From contig CAXXJS010000053.1 in NCBI GenBank assembly GCA_963662665.2, forward strand, positions 32,469 through 96,468: a DNA stretch of 64,000 nucleotides. Direction: 5' to 3'. The DNA is from Candidatus Latescibacterota bacterium. Lineage in GTDB: Bacteria; Latescibacterota; UBA2968; GCA-2709665. Positions 58,590 through 64,000 of this stretch are shown piece by piece (position 1 is the stretch's first letter; each line of letters opens with the position of its first letter). The notes under the pieces were generated by a model. The model saw only the letters and a list, made by a program, of their open reading frames with translations. It was not told the DNA's origin and searched no databases. A program made the position numbers and the translations under genes.

Positions 58590-59855
58590 ATGGTCAGGAA
58601 ACGAAGACTCGGGCGCGGTGTCGCAATCGTCGGCGCGGGCATGTCGCCGTTCGGCATGTTCCGTGAAAGGGACTCCAGGGACCTGTTCGTGGACGCCTTT
58701 CGCGCCATGATCGAATCCGTGGAAAAAGGCCTGGACCCCGCTGAGATCGATGCGCTCTATATCGGTAATTTTACGAACGACTTCTTTGTACATCAGTCCC
58801 ACTGGGGCGCCATTCTCGTGGATGCGCTGGGACTGGTTCCCACGCCGGCAACCCGTACCGAGGGTGCCTGTGCCTCCAGCGCAATCGCCTTCCGCGAGGG
58901 CGTCTTCGCAATCGCGTCGGGGTTCTACGATATGGTGTTGGTTGGCGGCGTGGAGGACATGTCCAAACGCTCCACTGCCGACGTGGCGGAGGGTCTGGCA
59001 TCGGCAGCCGTACCCTACGAACGGAAGTCGGGCTTTACGTTTCCCGGGGTGTTCGGCGCGATCGCCACTGCCTATTTTCATAAGTACGGCGCGACACGGG
59101 AACATCTGATGGACGTGACCATTAAGAGTCATGAAAACGCCCCGCTGAATCCGAAAGCGCAGTTCCGGGCCTCAATCGCAGATATTATGGATGTAAAGGT
59201 TGAGCGCGCAAGAGCGGGCGGCACGTTGGTGCCTCAATGGTCGAATGAGAAGGACTTCCTTGCCGATCCCGGCGTCAACCCGCCGGTCGCCTGGCCGATG
59301 CACCTGTTCGATTGTTGTCCCATCAGCGACGGGGCCGGCTGTATCCTTCTGGTCGGCGAAGAGATGGCCAGGCAATTTACCGACGATCCCTTGCATGTGG
59401 TGGGCCTCGGCCAGGGCAGCGGCCGAGGGCTCCACGCCGCGCCCGACCTGACGAGCTTCGAGGCCACGCGCCGAGCCGCCGGGGAAGCCTATGCCATGGC
59501 CGACCTCGGTCCCGCGGACATACAGTTCGCCGAGGTACACGACTGCTTTTCCATCGCCGAGATCCTGCACATCGAGGATCTCGGCTTCTTCGGCCCCGGA
59601 GAAGGGTTCAGGGCCGCCGGTGAAGGCGCGACCCGGCTTAACGGGCCCAAGCCGATCAACACCTCGGGCGGACTGAAATGCAAGGGACATCCCGTGGGAG
59701 CGACAGGCATCGCGCAATTGATCGAGGTATGGGAACAGCTGAGGCAACAGGCCGGTGGACGGCAGGTGCCGAACCGCGATCTGCGTCTGGGCGCTGCCCA
59801 TAACCTCGGCGGCACAGGCGGCACAAGTACGTTTACGATCCTGGAAAGGCGATAG
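58590..59855 (+). CDS. Thiolase-domain protein (SCP2/archaeal type)
   Basis: EGACASS, DCCPISDGA, EVHDCF, SGGLKCKGHPVGATG. Confidence 0.9.
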   Translation: MVRKRRLGRGVAIVGAGMSPFGMFRERDSRDLFVDAFRAMIESVEKGLDPAEIDALYIGNFTNDFFVHQSHWGAILVDALGLVPTPATRTEGACASSAIAFREGVFAIASGFYDMVLVGGVEDMSKRSTADVAEGLASAAVPYERKSGFTFPGVFGAIATAYFHKYGATREHLMDVTIKSHENAPLNPKAQFRASIADIMDVKVERARAGGTLVPQWSNEKDFLADPGVNPPVAWPMHLFDCCPISDGAGCILLVGEEMARQFTDDPLHVVGLGQGSGRGLHAAPDLTSFEATRRAAGEAYAMADLGPADIQFAEVHDCFSIAEILHIEDLGFFGPGEGFRAAGEGATRLNGPKPINTSGGLKCKGHPVGATGIAQLIEVWEQLRQQAGGRQVPNRDLRLGAAHNLGGTGGTSTFTILERR

Positions 59856-59858
59856 AAG

Positions 59859-60293
59859 GTGGCCACGCCCCCGATCAGCGATTACTGGTTCGAATCGTTC
59901 CTCGGCGAAGAAAAACTGATGGGGTCGACGTGCGCTCGATGTGGGGCCACGTTCGTTCCGCCGCGTCTTCTGTGCGCGAAATGCCATCACACGGGAATGC
60001 AGTGGATCCGGATGGGAGGCGCCGGCAGGCTCGCGGCCTTTACAAGCATATCCATCGGCCCGCCCGCCATGCAGGACGAGGGCTACAACCGGGACAATCC
60101 GTATTGTACAGGGGTCGTGCAACTGGCCGAAGGCCCCAGGATCGTCGCCCGAATAGAGGGTGTCGACACGCGGAACCCGGAATCCATTGGAATCGGCGTA
60201 TCGGTAACGGCGATATACCTGCATCGTGGCGCGGGCGAAAACCGCACGACACAGCTGGCCTTTCGGCCGGTGTCCGCGGACGATATTAAATGA
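59859..60293 (+). CDS. DUF35/ChsH2-like Zn-ribbon + OB-fold protein
   Basis: CARCG...PPR..CAKC; PY..GVVQLAEGPRI; adjacent to thiolase. Confidence 0.9.
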   Translation: MATPPISDYWFESFLGEEKLMGSTCARCGATFVPPRLLCAKCHHTGMQWIRMGGAGRLAAFTSISIGPPAMQDEGYNRDNPYCTGVVQLAEGPRIVARIEGVDTRNPESIGIGVSVTAIYLHRGAGENRTTQLAFRPVSADDIK

Positions 60294-60479
60294 CGGGAAA
60301 CAATTGCGGCGGCCTGAGTGCATGGTTATATTAGCACGCTTGCCCGTCGGGATAACGTCGAGCGTTTCATTCGGCGACGCGTTATGAAGCGGCTTCGGGA
60401 ACGGTAGTCAGATCGGCTGACGCCCGCGATGCGGCGGGAGCATCCAACACCGGCGCCGGAACAAAGGAGATATACGGAT

Positions 60480-62333
60480 ATGAATCGGACACTCAAAGAC
60501 CTGATGAACGAGAGCTTCACGGAGCACGCGGATCGGACCGCCGTGCGCGTTCTGAGACAGTCCGATAAGCAGGGAGAACGGGGTCTGCGCTACGTTCCGA
60601 TGACCTATGCGCAACTTCGGGAGCAGCGGGACCGGCTGGCGTCCGGACTGGCCCGCGCCGGCTACGCGAAGGGCGACCGCGTGGGGATACTCACGGACGG
60701 CGGCCTCGAGACGGTGCTGATTTTCCTGGCGGCGGATATGCTGGGGTTGTCTTCCGTGCCGCTGTGCAACAAGCTTCCGGACGATATTCTCAAGTATAAA
60801 ATCGAGCATTCGGGCCTCGAGGTGCTGTTTCTGGACAGCAGGAGCCGCGAACAGGCGGACCGGATACTGCCGGATCTGGCGAAATCCCCGAAGCTGATAC
60901 TCACGGAGGGCCAGTCCGATGACATCAGGTCATTTTTCGCTGTGGTGCAGGACGGCGGCGATGCGCCTCCTCCCAACGTGGAAATCTATCCGGACGACGA
61001 GTCGAAGGTGGTCTACACCTCGGGTTCGTCGGGCCTGCCCAAAGGCGTGGTGCAGACCCATCGCAACCTGGTGGACAACGTCAGGTCGGTATGGGACGGG
61101 ATCTCCCGCCTCGAACAACCCGTTCTGTTCAAGTCCGCGCCGGACTACCATACCATGGGCATCCTGAATATCTATTTTCCCCTTATGAAGGGCTGGACGC
61201 TGGATCTCGCGCGTTCGCCGGACCGGGTGCTGGTGGACATTCGATATTCCGAGCCGCACGGCTTCCTGACGGTGCCCCTGATTCTGGACAAGGTATATGG
61301 AAACGTCCGGAAGGAGATCGACGCCGGCGGCGTCAAGGGCAAGCTGGTTGAGCGTGCAGTTCGCGCCAAGCGAAACATCACGCGAGGCGAGGCTTCATTC
61401 GGGGACAAAGCGGTGTACGGACTGATCGGGAAGAAGGTGGTGGCAGCGATAAAGGAGAAGCTGTCCCAGCGCGTGGGCGGGCGGCTGGAACTTCTGATCG
61501 TGGGTTCGGCCAAGGCGGATCCGGAGGCCCTGGACTTCTTCCAGGACGTGCTGGATATCACCTCGCTCGAAGGGTACGGCACCACCGAGTGCTGTCCCCT
61601 GATCGCGGTCAATACGATGGACGCCCAGAAGACAGGTACCGTTGGAAGGCCCCTGCAGGAAGTGAAGCTGGTGACCGAAGCGGGTGAGGAGGTCGGGTCC
61701 GGCGATCCGGCCACGCACACGTACCGGGACAGCAACGGAGAAGAGGGAGAACTCTGGGTACACGGGTCACACGTGATGCGCAAGTATCTCAACGATCCCG
61801 ATCGTACCGCGGAGACGCTGGTGAAGGACGAAACCGGCAAGACGTGGTATCGGACGGGCGATCTTTTCAGCATCGACGATGGCGGTTACCTGACGTTTCG
61901 AGGACGCCTGGGACGGCAGTTCAAACTGAGCAACGGAGAGTTTGTGAATCCCGAACTGCTCGAACGACTATACGCGCGGGTACCACTTGTCGAACACGTG
62001 ATAATCTACGGAGATCAGAGCGGGTCCTTTCCCATGCCGGTTGTCACGGTAAACGTAGAGGAGGCGCGAACGTTGTCCGATATTTTAGACCTTCCCGAGG
62101 ACGATGACGCCGTACGCAGGCATTCGGGCGTGGCGGACCGGTTGCGGGAACTCCTGTTGAACGAGGCGACCGCCGCCGGCCTGCCCGGCCACGAGCGCCC
62201 TCAGAAGGTGCTGGTGCTGCCGGACGCGCTCAGTGAGGAGACGGGTACGCTGACGCGCGGTTTGAAGAAGGTGGTCCCGGGCGCGATCCTGGAGACGTAC
62301 CGGGACAGCGTAGAGGCTGCGTATACCAGTTAG
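60480..62333 (+). CDS. AMP-dependent long-chain acyl-CoA synthetase
   Basis: YTSGSSGLPKG, EGYGTTE, YRTGD, KLSNGE; AAGGAG SD. Confidence 0.88.
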   Translation: MNRTLKDLMNESFTEHADRTAVRVLRQSDKQGERGLRYVPMTYAQLREQRDRLASGLARAGYAKGDRVGILTDGGLETVLIFLAADMLGLSSVPLCNKLPDDILKYKIEHSGLEVLFLDSRSREQADRILPDLAKSPKLILTEGQSDDIRSFFAVVQDGGDAPPPNVEIYPDDESKVVYTSGSSGLPKGVVQTHRNLVDNVRSVWDGISRLEQPVLFKSAPDYHTMGILNIYFPLMKGWTLDLARSPDRVLVDIRYSEPHGFLTVPLILDKVYGNVRKEIDAGGVKGKLVERAVRAKRNITRGEASFGDKAVYGLIGKKVVAAIKEKLSQRVGGRLELLIVGSAKADPEALDFFQDVLDITSLEGYGTTECCPLIAVNTMDAQKTGTVGRPLQEVKLVTEAGEEVGSGDPATHTYRDSNGEEGELWVHGSHVMRKYLNDPDRTAETLVKDETGKTWYRTGDLFSIDDGGYLTFRGRLGRQFKLSNGEFVNPELLERLYARVPLVEHVIIYGDQSGSFPMPVVTVNVEEARTLSDILDLPEDDDAVRRHSGVADRLRELLLNEATAAGLPGHERPQKVLVLPDALSEETGTLTRGLKKVVPGAILETYRDSVEAAYTS

Positions 62334-62393
62334 TGTTCAGGATTCACCGGATAATGCAGCGCGGTAAGTGAATCCGCGTAGAGGAGTATTCAA

Positions 62394-63437
62394 ATGCCGG
62401 TTTTTTCCGCCGCCGAACTCCGTCGAATCGGGCGGGAGATCTACGAGCGCGCAGGCGCCACGACCGAAGAAGCGGAAACGGTCGCGGGTCAGCTGGTTGA
62501 ATCCAGCCTTTGCGGGCACGACTCGCACGGCGTACAACGCCTGCCCCAGTACGTTGCGGGGGTGGCATCCGGACAGATAGTTCCCGGCGCCGTGGTCGAG
62601 GTGGAACGGGAGACACCCGCAACGGCCGTGTTGAACGGGAACTGGGGGTTCGGGCATGTAACCGCGGTGGCCGCAATGAAGGTTGCGATACGCAAGGCCC
62701 GCGAGGTCTCGGTGGGGCTGGTCACGGTCCACCGGTGCAACCACGTGGGCCGGCTTGGCGCTTTTTCGCCGCTGGCTGCCGAAGCGGACATGATCGGAAT
62801 GCTGACGAATAACGGACATGGGGCCGATCTGGCGATGCCTCCCTCGGGCGGAATCGGACGGATACTGCCCGCGAATTGCCTGGCAGTGGCGTGTCCATCC
62901 GCGGGTGAATTTCCAATAGCGCTGGATTTTACCACCGCGGTGGCGGCCGGAGGCAAGGTTCGCGTGACGCTGGCGAAGGGTGAACGGATGCCGGACGGCT
63001 GGATGATCGACCACGAAGGAAATCCAACGAACGATCCCCGGGTGTATATGACGGAGCCGAAGGGCGCGTTGCTGCCGTTCGGCGGTCCCGTGGCGCACAA
63101 AGGATACGGGCTGGCCTTCGTGATCGACATTCTCTCGGGCGCGCTCTCGCCGGCCGGATGTTCCCGCAAGGACTCGAAGGAGACCGGCAACGCGCTTTTT
63201 GTACAGGCCATCAATATTGAAGCGTTTCAATCGCTTGAGGCGTTCAAGGCGGAGGTAAGCCGGTTCGTCGACTACGTGAGATCGGCCAAACCGGCGCCGG
63301 GGTCCCACGAGGTGCTGGTGCCGGGTGAGCGGTCGTGGCGGACCAGGAAGGAACGTTCGAAGTCCGGCGTTCCCGTGCCGGACGCCACCTGGGAGCAGAT
63401 TGTGGAGACCGGGCGAAAGGTGGGCCTCGAACTGTAA
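62394..63437 (+). CDS. Ldh_2 family oxidoreductase (malate/L-lactate/ureidoglycolate dehydrogenase type)
   Basis: GHDSHGV, NHVGRLG, LDFTT, HKGYGL, VLVPGE. Confidence 0.9.
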   Translation: MPVFSAAELRRIGREIYERAGATTEEAETVAGQLVESSLCGHDSHGVQRLPQYVAGVASGQIVPGAVVEVERETPATAVLNGNWGFGHVTAVAAMKVAIRKAREVSVGLVTVHRCNHVGRLGAFSPLAAEADMIGMLTNNGHGADLAMPPSGGIGRILPANCLAVACPSAGEFPIALDFTTAVAAGGKVRVTLAKGERMPDGWMIDHEGNPTNDPRVYMTEPKGALLPFGGPVAHKGYGLAFVIDILSGALSPAGCSRKDSKETGNALFVQAINIEAFQSLEAFKAEVSRFVDYVRSAKPAPGSHEVLVPGERSWRTRKERSKSGVPVPDATWEQIVETGRKVGLEL

Positions 63438-63599
63438 GAGGCTGTGTTATAACTACCGGTGAGTTCCCGAGCGCGAGCGAAAAAGTGGTGGTCAAGGCGG
63501 GAAAATTCGCCTCTATCTAAAGATAATGGTGGATTTGACCAACGCCGACCGGCGCTTTTGCAGCCGCGCGAAGACCATTGGGGGTTTTAAGACAGCTTC
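63438..63599. mobile_element. 162-bp MITE with IS5-like ends and TAA target duplication
   Basis: Ends GAGGCTGTGTTATAAC / GTTTTAAGACAGCTTC (imperfect TIR), flanked by TAA on both sides. Confidence 0.7.
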
Positions 63600-63679
63600 T
63601 AAGGAGTCGCATACCGTCGAGTCCGTGATCCGTGAACGACCCGTTGAGTGGCGCGTATATTTGTTGGTTCCGAAGGAGG

Positions 63680-64000
63680 ATGAAGGACGTGTCTGACGAA
63701 ATTCGTTCCAAAGCCGAGGGCGCCCGTGCGGCGGCGTTACAATTGAGCAACGCGTCTGAGGAGGAGCGCAACGCGGCGCTGGAGGCCATCGCGCGGGGTC
63801 TGGAGGCCAACGCAGGGGCCATTCTGGAGGCGAACCGGAGGGACCTGGACGCGGGCGGACGTCCTGCTGGCCGACGGCAGGTTGACGGGGGCGCTGGTCG
63901 GACGGCTGAAAGTGGATGAGGTCCAAGCTTCGAAGCGAGATCATCCCCGGGGTGCGCAGCGTGATGGCCCAGGTGGATCCCATCGGCCGGACGTTGGCGG
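63680..64000 (+). CDS. proA: Gamma-glutamyl phosphate reductase, 5' part (apparent frameshifts; runs off window)
   Basis: ARAAALQLSNASEEERNAALEAIARGLEANAGAILEANRRDL, then ALVGRLKVD and DPIGRTL in shifted frames. Confidence 0.8.

Noticed and set aside
1-64000. CRISPR array, tRNA or rRNA genes
   Set aside because: No regularly spaced repeat-spacer units, cloverleaf or rRNA signature recognised

Overview
GC-rich bacterial chromosome segment. The gene repertoire (heparinase-like, sulfatase, PhyH dioxygenase, ankyrin, BNR, TonB-dependent receptor) resembles Latescibacterota/Gemmatimonadota-type, possibly sponge-associated bacteria; this is inference only. The core is metabolic: a TPP-riboswitch-led thiO-thiS-thiG-thiE-like-thiD-thiE-cupin operon, Lhr helicase, sugar-acid and lipid catabolic genes, infA and the start of proA. 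AT-richer inserts interrupt it: (i) a 2.4-kb island with a small unknown gene plus dCTP deaminase under its own promoter; (ii) a 771-aa fusion of a restriction-type head, a PD-(D/E)XK-like nuclease and a nitrilase; (iii) a DUF5678-like/aspartyl protease pair; (iv) an MNT-HEPN pair. Two inserts sit between diverged copies of the neighbouring gene's 3' end, with no integrase in view. A promoter-driven ~120-nt structured RNA candidate lies near 3.2-3.3 kb. Several MITE/REP-like repeat families are present. A few frameshifts in short homopolymers may be sequencing errors. No rRNA, tRNA or CRISPR array was recognised. All family assignments come from motif recognition by eye, not database searches.
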